Assembly: GCA_973895155.1 (NCBI GenBank) | Contig: OZ316892.1 | Coordinates: forward strand, 18,466,357-18,530,356 | Length of the DNA: 64,000 nucleotides | Reading direction: 5' to 3' | From: Marsupella aquatica | Lineage: Eukaryota > Plantae > Marchantiophyta | Shown: piece by piece, positions 12,921-26,200 of the stretch | Layout of the letters: every line of letters starts with the position of its first letter | Numbering within the stretch: the first letter of the stretch is position 1 | Position numbers and translations under genes: made by a program | Notes under the pieces: generated by a model | What the model saw: the letters and a program-made list of their open reading frames with translations, nothing else | Database searches by the model: none | What the model was told of the DNA's origin: nothing

Positions 12921-15900
12921 ATGAAGCCTTGGTTCACAGGTATGTACATGCACCGTCGTAGTTCCCTTGATCCAATCTGAGGATACCGTCCAGGTGACTA
13001 TTTTGAATCACGTTAGAACTCGCTATTAGGAATCAGTCTGAAGTAATCGGTAGAAGAAGCATTTATGTACATCCATTGGTGTACACGTTTGATTTAGGTG
13101 GATAAATTTCAACATGGCCAACAGGCACTAGTGCCTTTGTGTGGAGGGTACTAGAATTGTGGATGCTAGGCAGGTATATGAGTTGAGAGAAATGCACTGT
13201 CACTTCATGTTTATTTGAAGTTCTTTGAAGATAACGTGAGCAAACTCATCTCACCGGGATGGAGCCCATTAACAGAGAAAGCCTTGGTTTATTTTATGCA
13301 GTTAGTGCTTTAGATTATTATTCAGAAGCCGTGGCACTTTCGATTCGACATCATGACTGTCTTGTGAACCTCAAAGTCCCCACGAAGAGTCACGGCTTGA
13401 GACATCCTCATTGCCATGTGGAATAGTCTCTCGCATAGACAGTCGTCTTCTCAAGTGCGCCGAATAGACTGATGGTTGCAAACTCAATATTCAACAAGTT
13501 GTTGGAAGTGCAAGCTTGGTTACGGGTTGTCTTGGTGTGGAGGTAAGAAGTTTTATGGCAAAGTTCTCTGGCATCGTAGTTACTCTTACGAGAGAATTGG
13601 AATTACTACAACCAGATCGTTTCAGTTGGTTGAAATCATAATTTCAAATGCTGCTGATGGCGTTGTATCAATTTTCTTTGACCCTTAGGTCAACGTGATG
13701 TAAATTTGTTTCGCAAGCTCGCTGTCACAAACTGTCATCTCGAATGCTGGTGTTCCCAAACTTAGGACCGTCTCCTGCTTTTGGTGCATCTGCATGTTCT
13801 GCTCTAGCCGCCACCAATAAGTGACGCCAGGGGGTGTTCCGACTAGTTCATCACTGAGAGTAAGCAGTCTCGTCTTAGGATGTAGATTACTGTACAGATG
13901 TTGAACAAGAGTCTCTCCGTAGAAAGTGAATAAGGCCCCCCTGAGTACAGTACAATGGTGGATTGCACCCCGTTACATGTTCTGTGACTGGCATGGTAGG
14001 TGATCGTTCTGGGCTGACCTCGTCTCTTGACTTCAAAGTATGTAGCTTTGATTCTCTCCGGTACATTAGACTGAGCGTAATCTGCCACACATACGGGCCC
14101 TTCCGAGACTTCCGAGTTCGATGGAGGGGGAGTGATATCCTCTGGATATGCTGCCAACTACAGGAAGTAGTAGATCGCATTTTGGATCCAATCGATTATT
14201 TGACTTTGGCGTTCTCTATTTTTTTTGTAATGGGCATCAGGGAAAGGCCCTTTTTATTCTTAGTATATGGGGATTAGTAAGTTGCCATGTTGGATTGTAG
14301 GTTTACGTGGCCTCCTACCTTCTGGAAGTAGTTCGGGCGTGGGTGACTATTTCAAATGTTTACTCAAGAGAGTAAAGCCCAGCACGTTAGTTCGTTGTAA
14401 TTGTATATAAGAAACAAGATGCCGCGCCCGTAAGTTGATTGTTCTATGTTGCCGTGGCTGAGGCAGACCGAGGAACGGACATGTTGGTTGATTTCGATAT
14501 CCATTTCCGATACAGATTTGATCTATGTAGCTGTTGGGAAGGACGAGAAAGAAACTTCGTTGGCCGCGCATCTCTTAGTCAAATGATGACGTGAGTCCAG
14601 GTAAGAAGGATATGTATGTGTTTGATGCCCTGCATTCATCAGATAGGAAGGAATATAATTTTGAAGGTAGTTGGACAGAAGTAGAGGGAAAGCCAGAGGA
14701 AGACTATAGAATAGATTGATCTCACTTTATGTAACCAAGAGAGCGGATGCATGCAATAGTGCCGTCGTAGGAAGTCGACGAATATGAGCGGAAAGGTTTC
14801 TGAATATCGGATGACAAATATCATGAGTATGATTTTGCCGATTCCGTGAAGGATCACAGCCAGGATGCGAGTTTCGCGAGAGTCCTTGAACCCTCGAAAA
14901 CGAGAGCGAACCACTGTATCAACTATAGTCTGGACAATTCCCCAAACCCCTTCCCACCGGATAGAAATAAAATAGTCTCCAGTTCTGGTTGGAAGAGGAG
15001 AGTGTACATCTCTACCTTGGCGAGAATGCCGGGGTCTTCCCTGGTTCGCTCACGATTCATCCTATTTGTGAGCAGGGTCGTAGGCACAGAGCTTGCCGGT
15101 TCTTGTTGTGAGCGTTTGACTTGGAACTCCCAAAAGCTACGGTACAGTGTTCTTTGCTGGATAGTAATATACTGTAACGCGATTCTTTGCCTTCCCGAGA
15201 TTTGTGGCCAGCTACGTAAGGACTATCTTTGACCCTAGATATGCGCATAAACCAACAGAAGTTCTTCCCCCATGGGAAACTACAGTTCCGTTGTTCTATT
15301 TGCTTTCTTTGTGGTGCACCTTGGGTCTTGGATAATTTTTCCCTGCTGGCTCCTACCCAATGGAGCTACAGTAGTTTGTGGTCTCGGGCAGCTCGCGGAC
15401 AGGTCGCTTACAAGGTACCAGGTCGAGACAAGGGACCAGCTTCGAAAGGCATTCTCAACTAATTCAGCCATTCAACACATGAAAGAAAAGCGTCACAATT
15501 GAGACTAGTGGAGATCGTGTGTCTGCCTATCTATCGAATCTTTCGCTTGCTATGTTTTGATCCGTTACACTTATCTCAAGTCTCGATTTCTCCACGTCCT
15601 TCCGTGACCTTGACGGATTTCCTGTCGTTTCTAGACATTAATTTTGGGTTGTCAGTGTCTCAAGACATTGATCTTTAATTTGTCCGTCGAGATTCTCTCA
15701 CTTTTCGTGAACGCATGATGCAATAATGGATTGCTCATCTTTATGAACTCCTTTTGTACAGCACTTTTTGTGGGCAGTAATATGACGTAGCTCAAGGTTT
15801 TAGACCCGTGGTTGCAGCGTAAGCGTGAGATTGTCAGGTCCCATCCTGGCTGGGTGGGTTGTGATGTGTGGACTTGGGCTTTTGTCCACTCCGCGCACTG

Positions 15901-18900
15901 ACTGCTGACCAGCTTGCACTTGTCTGGTGGGTAAATATGTGGGATTGTGGGGCCAACATATCTCTTTCGTGACGGACCGAATTATCGGTCCGAATTACAG
16001 GAGAGGTGATGGGAAAGGAGAACAACTCTGTTGGAGCTATTTACTCCTGTAGGTGTGGGTTGTATTGAAAGAGAAAGGCTGTTTGCTCATGAGGTGCTAC
16101 AGGAATGTCACTGCCAAGGACTTCGAGCGTTTGGCTTCCACAAAATGATGTTGGTGACGTCATTTACAAGCAAGCTTTCTTCTCTCCCTCCCCAGTCGAT
16201 GCCTTCTTTCTGTGAAGGTGCCCGATGTCCTCTCTTCTCTCTCCCTCACTGCCTATTGTTCCAGTACAGTACTTCCTCTGCGATCTTGGCTTGAAATCTG
16301 TTGCAATGCTGCCCACCAAGGATGCATCCACAGGCGAGGAACGTGACCAAGCATGAGAATGCAGAAAAACAAGGTGGAGGAACCAGAAATCGAGAGAGAA
16401 AGGCAGACAATACCTCTTATGTAGTTTACTCCAGATTGCTATCAGGCTTTTCAGTTCTCTGCCCGGGGAGGGTGTTAGTTTTCTTGGTCACTTAGTGGAT
16501 TCTTTGGTTGGTTGTTCGGTTTTGGTTGTGAGTGACCCCTTGGCTTGTTGGGCTTTCTTGGTCTTATCTGGGCTTTTTCTCCTCCCTTTTCACTTTATTC
16601 TGTTAGTTCGCCTTTGGGACCCTGTCTTCCTCCTTTGTGTGCTTTCGCATTGTTATATAATCTCTTCAAGCCTACTGGAAGTGACAAAGTTCTTTTGGTG
16701 TGGTGGAGTTTCAATATATAGTATGCTGCCTGGAACATGCTTTACTTTTTGTCTGGTAGTGATGTGTAAGTGGATAAAATTAAAGAGTAAAACTAGAATG
16801 TGAATAGGATAATATAATATAAGTAAAGTACATGCAAATAAAAGCACAGTGACTAATGAAAAGTACAATTAAATTTTATGACATAAAGATGCCAGGAGTT
16901 GTGCACTTATTTCAATGTGCCTTAATGACACTCATTTCAATAAAAACCATAAACTTAGGAAAGAAATATAAACTTAGGAAAGAAAACCACTAGGGAAAGA
17001 CAGGCTGTTTTGCCATGAGGGGAGCCCCAAGCCATGAGGGGAACTTAAGACAGGATGTTTTGACTTTACTTAGAATCATTGCTCTCACTCATGAGAATAC
17101 TTAAAAGTGATAGAAAAGGAGGCCCTTGGTTTCTCTCTAGGAGATAACAAAGTTTCAAAATGAAGGGGGCTGCCCAAATAAATTCAAAATAGTATAGGAT
17201 ACCAAACTTTAAAGGGGTCCAAAAATGGATCAAAAGTCTCTATGATACAAAGGATGCCCTGATGGTACCCCAGCATACCAAGACTCCTGTAAAAGGATTG
17301 GTGGATGGGGATGACAAAGATGCACATCCAAGGATACTATAAACAATTGTGATGATGACTGCCTCAATACATTACACCAGTGAGAATGGGTTAAATCAAC
17401 ATCTAGTTAAGGTTCCCCGTTTTTCTTGGGCCCTATACCCTGTTTGTTCCCATTTTCAATGGAGCCTGCCCGTGAGCCCCTTTGCAATGTTGGTTACCAT
17501 TGTGGCACTGCTCTTGGGGATAGTTCTTATTCCGAAACATCATGCACATGTAAATACCATACAAAGTAGTTGACACAACGAGTACGTGGTTCACTTCACG
17601 ATTGAGGTTATGTTCACGGCAAAAGCAAGAGATCTTTATTTATCTCTTGCTTCACTCCAACAATGAACTGAAGATCCACCAAGGGCTTACATTAGCCCTG
17701 GTTATATACTACATGCATCACTGTTAACCTAAGTTAAGTCCTAACCTGAGTTAGTTTAACTACGGTTAGCCTTAGAGTCACAAGACTAAAAACAATACTC
17801 AACAACTGCGACAAACCACGTGGATTGGATCTATTGACAAAGGGAAAAGTTTTGTCATTTTCAAAATTTGCCACCCTTTAGGGCTTGGGACAACCCAAAC
17901 CCCCGGCCATCTCCCATTCCAAGTGGAAGCACATCATGTTCTCAGCTTTTGTCCTTGGCAGGTCACATTTCTGGAAATCCTTGATTGGCAGTAAACTACC
18001 ACTGGCTGTCAGGTTGGGGGAAGACAAAGAGTGTAAGTTTTTACTTTCTTGAGAACATTTTGGACTTATTTTAGTAACCTAGATGCATCAGATTTTGCAT
18101 TAGAGCTGGTGGGGCTTTAAGACCTCATTGGGATTGTGCCCTTTTTATAGTACACTTTTTTATAACTTTTTCTCTGACTTGGATTGTGTCTTTGGGGGCC
18201 ACTGTATGGAGGGTCCTACATTGAGTGCAACAGTTTTAGGTCTGGCCCCCTAACTTGTAAGTGGTTTATTTTAGTAGCCCTTCTTTACTTCAAAATGATC
18301 ATTAAATTTTTTTTTACCTGTGAAAAACTGTAAGTAAAGTTTCATCCTGGATTAAACAAGGCCTATAAAGATAAGTACCTCATAAACTAGAGCCCAGCTT
18401 TACAGTCAATACAAATTACTTCACCTCTCCACTTAATAGTGCATCCCACATCTCCTGTAGAGTCCATAGACCATGAAACTAAATCATTGTACATATTATT
18501 CCATGGTTGTCAAATTGTGTGGGCGTTTTGTCTTTTTGTCATCCTTACAAAGTAATCACATGTGAGCCAAGAGGCAATGAAGACCACAAGGTATATGATT
18601 CCAATATTCTGTTGATTGCTGTTGTTATTCTCAAGGTTGAAGATCAACATTTTCTTTCAATGGATTGTTTATGTTAAGTCAATACATATTAGATCTAACA
18701 TTTGACAGTTTTTCAGCAGTTTTTTATCATTTGTTTTCAACTACTAACATCAGGATGTGTATTGCTCAAATTGAATTTCTTTGATTGCTCTGTAAAGAGC
18801 ACATGCTGCTAGATGGGATGGAATATCACTTTCCAGTACTTGCAGTGACGGCAAAGTGCTGAGGCTAGGAAAGTTTTGCCTTTGCTTGGCAGCCATAGCC

Positions 18901-19133
18901 TGGACCTTGAGATGTGGCTGTACATATTAGGTTGACCATGGTTAAGGCCGGGTTGCTGAGGTTAGATTAGTCGAGAGGCCTATACCCTAGAGGGGCACTT
19001 CATTGCGCTCATACTAGAGATCAATCTTCAGGAGTTTGAGCCTAAAGAGAGAGAAGAGGAGAGACTAAAGACAAAGAAGATGCATGATAACTTGCTAGCC
19101 TATGGCGTGTAACTATACAATATTAGAGCATAA

Positions 19134-19459
19134 TAGGGCGTGTCAAACCATGGCCGTAACTCTGTTATGGCTTAGGACATAAAATGCACTTATGGCCTGG
19201 ACGTAACTTGTTACAGGGTACCTAGAAAGGTGCCCCGTAAGGAGCAGACGTCCTAAACTTGTATGTCCGTAAGACAGAGATTGTCCGTTTTTCTGAAAGA
19301 GCAGTGTGCGCAGGAAGTGTTTCTACCCTGCAAGTAGGTTTTACAGGAGGTGTCAAAACGTGCCGCTCTTGCCCATAAAGATTCCCATAACATATTTTAT
19401 GGCGCTTTTTTAATCAGGGACACAACGCAAGGCTTACGGCTGTGCTTTGACACGCCCTA
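19134..19459. mobile_element. MITE (326 bp) with ~26-bp imperfect TIRs
   Basis: Left end TAGGGCGTGTCAAACCATGGCCGTAA; reverse complement of the right end TAGGGCGTGTCAAAGCACAGCCGTAA. Non-coding interior. Confidence 0.8.
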
Positions 19460-19919
19460 ATGGTTCTTCTCCCGGCCATAGATGGGTGAACTATGTATCT
19501 ATGTCCGTGTTGATTGTATGTTACATACTGGTTTGATTTGACATGTTGATATCTGATAATTACAAACACCTACAGATTCTCTTAAACTGTACTGAGGATA
19601 CAAAAGGATGTATTTATCTTCATTTTTATATCTTCCTTTAGAAATACATCTTGTTGTATCCTGGGAGAATGGATCCATCCAACTTTGCTCAAAGTATGAG
19701 TGGTATGCAGTTGATCCATTAGGGCCAGTCCTTTGATTTCGCTAAGGCGTTCACCAAGCAAATGCCAAATATTGCCAAAAAGAGATCTAAGTTTAGGAAG
19801 TGGGTTAAGGGTTGCTCAACCGATTGACTGGGACTGAGGAGGCTAATCCTACAGTTCCTCAATCACCAAGAGCTCCTAGGTTGGAGCCAGCAGAAAGGGT
19901 TGCCTCATGTCAGTATTTG

Positions 19920-20172
19920 CAGGTGTAGGCTATAGCCTAAATTGTTTAGAATCCTTGCATGCACCATGTCCAATGCAGGGACCCTCATGAAGTCAGTAAA
20001 GCTGAAGAAGACGAGCTGATTAAAAAATGCAGTAGCAGTTTGTTCGACTACTGCGATGCATATCTGATTCGTGCAGGCTATAGCATAAATCGTTTAGAAT
20101 CCTTGTATGCACCATGTCCATTGCACTCTACTTTAGCTAGACAGTGCCGACTACTGTGATGCTTTCTGATTC
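19920..20172. repeat. Diverged local duplication downstream of the helicase stop codon
   Basis: ggctatagc(c/a)taaat(t/c)gtttagaatccttg(c/t)atgcaccatgtcca occurs at ~19927 and ~20076. cgactactg(c/t)gatgc..tctgattc also occurs twice. Confidence 0.7.
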
Positions 20173-20297
20173 AATTGCCAAGCAGAAGGCAGGCTTGAAT
20201 TTAGTTAACAGATTATGACCTCGAACATTTTACTTTCCCGTCAATTGTTCCATTTCCTCTGAGTTCACTTAAGAGGTTGAAAATGTGCAGCAAGAGG

Positions 20298-23200
20298 CTA
20301 TCTTGAGTAAGTATTATTGAATCTGCCTCTTCCTCTGTGCCAACCTCTCAATGGCTGTTTTCTATCTGGACTATTTCTTTGTCTAGTACCATTCTGTTCT
20401 CGTCCTAAACCATGATCAGTCCTGTTGCCCCTGTAATTAGAACTACCCGAGCCCCTGTGACGTCCTCTACCTCTACCTCTACCTCTAGGAAAACTACCTC
20501 TCCTATCCCCGCTGAACTCCATTGTACAACTGTCGTCTCTATCTCTGTCATGATAGACAGCTTCAACCGGCCAGTTGTTTCGATTTTTAAGTGGATACTG
20601 GCGAAGTGGACTTTCTTCTTGCATTTCATCTTTGACGGTATTGGCCTCTAGAGACAGTGAATCATGCCACCCTGGTCCCTTCCAACCGTTGGTAACTTGA
20701 CCCCTCATTCGTCCTACTACGGGTGCCTCCGATATTAATGCCGGTATTTGTCTCGAAAATCCTGGCATTGCCGGTCTTCCTGGAAAGATTACTACTGATC
20801 CGGGATTCCTCGTACAATGATCCTCGACCTCTTCAATTTTTACTGCGATTGGCCTTCCCCGTTTAGCGTTGGATCCTTCTGCTCGATCATGTCGTTCATC
20901 CTGATCAGCCTTCCTTTTCAAGCAATCTCGACTCGAAGTTGGGTCTCCACTGTTTAGGTTGGAATCCCCCACTGCCCGCAGACCAGATGTGGCACTCTGT
21001 GGCTGTTCTGAACTGACCTGACTTGAGGGTAGGAAGTTACCAGTATTTACATGAGCTTCCTCACCAGACCTTGTATGGCTTGGAAGTTGCTCAGCTTCGG
21101 TGGCTGTGGAGGCTAGGCCCTCAAACTCAATTGGATCCCTATCTGGCTCAGCTGGGGAGACTGAATTGGTTCCTTGCTCAGAGCTGGTGTGATTTAGCTG
21201 CTGCAAAATTCCACTGCGTACATGAGTTTTCTGCTCAAACCTCTTATGGCTAGGTAGGTGTCCAGCGTCGGTCCTAACTGCAGTGGGCCCTTGCTCAAAC
21301 CTCCTCTGTTTTGTGTATGGCGAACGACCATATGCTACATTGGCTTGTCGACCAGCATCCTTCAGGCTTGTTTCCAGTTTGGTTGGCCTCGAGTTGTGAC
21401 ATAAAATTTGATACAGGCCCCGAGCTGTGGCATCCTCTAAAAGAGCATTCCATGCAGGGCTCTGGCGCCGCAAAGTCTCTGCATGGCCTACAATGATTAG
21501 TGAATGCCTGGCTCTTGTCAGAGCCACATTCATGCGTCTCACATCAGAAACAAAGCCAAGTCCATGCTCAGCCTGTGCCCTGACACATGAAAGAATGATG
21601 ACATCTTTTTCCCGTCCTTGGAAACCATCAACAGTGTTAACCTCACAGGCAATCTCATCAACGCCATGCTTTTCAAGGTTCTGCATGATAACAGACCTCT
21701 GGGCCAAGTAGGGTGTGATAACGCCAATATTTGGCTCTACTCCCTCTTTCAAACTTCTCACTACACCCTGAACCACAGTGGCCACAACCTCAGCTTCATC
21801 TACGTTGGAAATAGAGTGCCCAACCAGCTCCTCTTGCTCGACACCCCATGTAACATCCAGAAAAGAGTAAGCTCCAAGTTTGAAACTATATCCACAGATG
21901 TCAATGCCCTTCTCCAGAGCATTTTCCTTGAAAATTGGCAGCATGGACTGGGACTGAAGTGAATCTTTGAGGCGACCTTCATAGAATGTGGCTGAAGGAA
22001 ATTTAGAGATGAAAGGATGCATTCGATACTGAGTTGTCATCAGGAAAACTGGTCGACCTGCCTCTTGCATTCTCTCAAAGAGACTTCTTCCATATGCCTT
22101 ACCTGGATAACATCCCGTATCAATATGAAAAGAATAACTCATGCATTACAAATTACAATGATCTAAAAGCTGTAAAGGGATTACAGTGGCAAGGGCCTTC
22201 CATCAGCTGCACTCAATCAGGAGAACAAGGCTTTCGATAAATCACGGAAGGAGACTCCCCCCACAGGATAACATGAGTGATAGTGAATTTTGAATAGCAA
22301 GAACTCAATGCTGGGCGATAAGGTGTTTTACCAGGCCTCTGCAGGACAACGGCAGGCAGCTGGCAAGGATCACCAACCATCACGCACCGGCCTTTGACTC
22401 TCTGAAGAGCAATCAAAACCTCGCTTTCCAGTGCCTGATTATTCAAACCAACCTCAGGAATTATTGCCGTGAAAGTATTTACGAGTCTAAGCATTGTAAA
22501 TCTCTTAAAACAGCATGCTAAGCTCGTCCATGTTGGTTAAAATTGCTCATTGACCAAGGTTTATTTGGCATTGGACTATTCGAGCAGTCAATGTGACAAC
22601 TTACAAGCAAAGCAACATTTATGAATCTTTGTTTTTATAAAAACCGAAACAAGTCTCAAGGCTCAAAAGCAAGGGTCCCTTTTTGGTCAAGGGAAGTCAC
22701 CTGAGCTGCCTCATCTGCATTTTGTTGCATGGGACATAACGAAATGATGGCCGCAATAACAAATTTCCACAACAAAGTAGACAATACCCATCAGCAACTG
22801 AGATCACAGTTCTCCTCAGGTTTTAGAATAGATACAGAAACTGATTAATTCTAAGGTTTGGCAGTAATCCTACCTGAAAGCAGCAGGAAAGGATTAGCCC
22901 ATCATCTTAACGAAACAGGTCAACAGCAAAATTTCAGTTCAAATACTTGTAACACTTTGAATTCCCAGCAAGGTTTTGCTGATAGTGTTGCTGGGTTTGT
23001 GCGATACTCACCAATAATAAGAAGGTCAAACTTTTGATTAACCTCGTCGAAAACTTGATGCCCACTTCCACTAATAGTACAACAAACGATGAATGCTCCA
23101 GCAATGGTGTCTCTCCTAATAGTGCTGATATTTGAAGCAGAAGATTTGCCTTGCACAAACTTGTCCAGTGACACAGCAAGGCAGGCAGTCTGAATAGATC

Positions 23201-26200
23201 TTTCTACGCCTAATCTAACAAGAGTGCCTCTCTTAGGTGTGTATAACGTTCCGTCCAGGTTATGCATGCGGTGCATCAGACGGGAGACAATCTCATCTAC
23301 AGCTGCATTGGACGATGCACACACAAGAATCCTTGCCCTGCACGAAGAAGTAATATTAAAATCTGCAACTGCATCGCTTGAACGAACCTATGGAAAAGTT
23401 GGTACGAAAAAGTGCAGACAAATGAAGTAGGTCTACATGGAAAGGAGATAAATACCTGGGCTCCTCAATACGCACAGCTGATACCATCCCTGTCATGTCA
23501 GCCAACGAGTTAAACCAGGAATAAGAATGAACTAACCCCAATGATATCGTCCCTTCTTCTAGTCTATAAGCTTCCCATAATTACGTGAGTGGTATACGTT
23601 GTTCACGAGATTGTTAATTCTCGGTGGAAACATTCATACATACCAACAATTGTCGAAGTCTGAAGTTAGATGTCCAAATCGATGTTGGGTCAAAGACATG
23701 CACATTATCGACAGCGTCATCCAATCAGAAGTGACCAAAATATGGACTTCGTTATTCATCTCATTTATATAAATACTGGTGAAGTGCACAAGGTCGGACA
23801 GAATATTTATGTTCATCTTTGACGAGAATAAGCACACAATAGTCATGCACACGGAGGAAATACATTAAACCGTACAGGAATAATATTTTACATCTGCCAC
23901 CAGGGATTCAAGGTCGTCTTTTGTGATCATAACCATACCTTTCCTGTTCCAGGAGGCCCTGCAAACATACGACAGGATTTGTAATGAGATTCAGATACAA
24001 ATGATGACATGATTTCTACAGCTCAAATATTTATTGACTGGTAACTCTGACCCTCAAAAGTCTTGAACGAAAGCCCAGATTCAAACAGGGCCATCGGTAC
24101 AACAATCCTAGAGGGAATTACAATTCTCTTCGAACTATTAAATAATGGGCAAGAAGAAGGCTATGTGTAATGAGAAGCGGGACGACGACGAATTTCAATT
24201 CGAACAGGGCGTGGCCACTATCTCAATCCAAGTTGAATTCAACAATGTCTTATTCTCCACTAAGAAACTAAAGAGAGAACAAACCTTGTACAAGAAGAAA
24301 CCCTTGTTGTAATCGCAACAGAGCCTCCACTGTACTCAGCTGTTTTTTGTTGAATAGCCTCTCTTTTCTCCAAGCTGACGCTCTGAAGCTGGAACTAGCT
24401 TTCCCATCTTCTTCTCGATAGCTATCACTGGAAGAGGAGATCACAAAGTTGCTGCCTTCGAGAGGGTTCAGCAACTGCTGCTGCAGAGGATCCCACATCT
24501 CCGTGGCCCTACAGAGAGAAACGTACTGACGCTTCAGAGTCACCATATTAGCCATCCGCAGCAGCGCACACTGCAAACCCAACCAAAACCCACCAAGCCG
24601 GACACAATTTTATTGATACATAATTGCTGCCATGTCTATTGGACCACATCAAGAAATTGGTCACAAAATCGGAGCCAACTCTGATACATGAGAGTGAGAC
24701 ATGACTTTATGACCTGGACTGCCGTCACAAGGCTAGCTTTATAAACATGAACTGAGATAGATCTACAGTGGGACCTGTCGTCAAATAAATAATCGTCTAT
24801 CCCGAATCACTTTGAGGCGACCCTTTCATAGCCTGAAGTCCTTTGTCCACATGAAGTAAATTTCTACTTAGCTGGAAAACGGAAGAACCTTGCGCAAAGA
24901 AGTGGAGGACGGGAAAGCTCTGCCTCTGGTGATCGCTTAATCTAGAATGCAGCCAATAATCTCAACTCCCGGTTTGCCTGGTGTTGCCCTGGTGTTATTT
25001 ATTCTGATCTACAAGGTACTCTTTCGAGGTACTGCTTCTCATAATATAAAAAATTTAGAATTTGGCACTTCCATTCTCCTAATCCCCATATCCCAAACCC
25101 TCTACCAAGTTTTAAAAATAGAAAGTAATTTATATTAATTGTGGATAAACTGAAAAAATTGCATCAATACACAACAGTAGATCGCGAACAATTTATCCTT
25201 AAGAAATAACTCTTTGACAATTTCATACATAGGTCTTGGTTAAACTGGATGCCAAACCTGACCACCAGCCGCTGGCAATTCCATTCGGGTCCTTAGCAGT
25301 ACACCCTTGTAATTGGTGAGTGTGACGACGGCCAGCAATTTTGTGTTGTTATGAGTAAGAAGCACAACTTCACTTGGATCCAAACGTATGTTCGAGACTT
25401 CGACCTGCTCAACTTCAATATACTTGAAGGGGTCATCAGAGGATGGGTACATAGGGCGAAACTGCCACAAACTTGATTGGCTTCTGTCCTCAGGAAAACC
25501 TGTAACAAGTGAAGCCATTCAGGGCCGGGAATCCAAGCCGATTTCATTGAGTGCCACAAAAAGCTAGGCAACAAAAATACGCACAAGGCTGCTATGCATG
25601 ACAGAGTATGCAGCGCTTTTGGCTGAGAAACTCCTGCTCCAGGAAATTTTCAAATTTCTGCCCAGAAGAAAGACGTACCTAGAATCTCAGCAATATTATT
25701 CGTTCCAGCCGCTGGAGCTTTATGAATGTCCCAAGAGCTGTTGAGATGGGCTTTGCATTCCTCAAAGATAAGGCCTTCGAAGCTGGACTTGTATACATTC
25801 ATCGTTTGAAATTTGCAGGGCAATGGACTCTGCTGTTTTTGGAGTTGCGACCAAGAAGAGTCAGCAAGTAGGCTTGACGATCGATCTGGAGACCAAGGAC
25901 CTAAAATCCCCAGTACCTCCCAGTCAAAGTTATCTTCCGGAGGCGCGTCAGAAGACAAGGCTTGAGCCTGAGTCGTGGGCTTCGCAGTTCGAGCTGCCGA
26001 TGTCGGGGTCTTCCTAGGGTTGGTGACTTTCACACTCTTGGACAGATCCTGCAATTACAAGGTAAGAAACTTCTTAGGGCAGTGCATTGCAGCAACTTGG
26101 TATTCTCCTTCCAGGAAGCAAACTTTAAAACCGGAAATAGCAGAATATGCAAGGCATGAATCTAGGGCATTTAGATTTAACCAGGACATCCATTGTACTA

